DNA of 64,000 nucleotides from Pavona decussata (Eukaryota): NCBI GenBank assembly GCA_977016875.1, contig CDRNST010000093.1, positions 7,254,001 to 7,318,000 of the forward strand, read 5' to 3'. Shown piece by piece: positions 63,837 to 64,000 of this stretch (position 1 is its first letter; each line of letters starts with the position of its first letter). The notes under the pieces were generated by a model. It saw only the letters and a program-made list of their open reading frames with translations, ran no database searches and was not told where the DNA came from. The position numbers and the translations under genes were made by a program.

Positions 63837-64000
63837 CGATGCATAATATTATATTGATTTATTGCATACATTATATTCAGTAACTCTAGGGGCCAAGTAT
63901 AAGTGCCTCGCTAGAAATGGGAGAATTTAGTATTTTATCAATAGTGTTATTAGTATAACATCTGAAAAAAAGGGAGTAGTTAAGCGGAGTAGCTCCCACA

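Overview
AT-rich eukaryotic genomic DNA with spliceosomal introns, LINEs, Penelope, MITEs and tRNA-derived SINE-like repeats. The repeat complement suggests an anthozoan cnidarian such as a stony coral (inference). The window is a cluster of ten intron-containing genes for small secreted proteins that the ORF track splits or misses. (1) From about 0.3 to 46.8 kb, a tandem array of 8 paralogues (7 on +, 1 inverted; start-to-start spacing 4.4-6.8 kb for copies 3-8) of a two-exon gene. Exon 1 encodes a near-invariant signal peptide plus acidic pro-region (MNSLLLILFLGTSLVLAEVAF...). Exon 2 encodes a hypervariable 6-Cys peptide (C-x6-C-x13/16-C-x2-C-x3-C-x8/9-C). Three copies have gained 75-bp internal repeats plus a shared frameshift, turning them into RDKR-punctuated multi-peptide precursors, and one copy is degenerate. 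(2) A three-exon secreted protein at 52.1-53.5 kb with two 6-Cys exons that share the same twin C-x6-C spacing. (3) A minus-strand two-exon secreted protein at 57.1-60.9 kb with about 350 aa of cationic PRPSG(W/F) repeats. All introns are phase 0, and every first intron follows a signal/pro exon. I do not recognise any of the three families, and function (defence, toxin, antimicrobial or matrix) is inference. The remainder is decayed LINEs, a Penelope GIY-YIG fragment with a hammerhead-like motif, a Crypton-like fragment, hairpin-ended non-autonomous elements, MITEs, SINE-like repeats and one N-gap.
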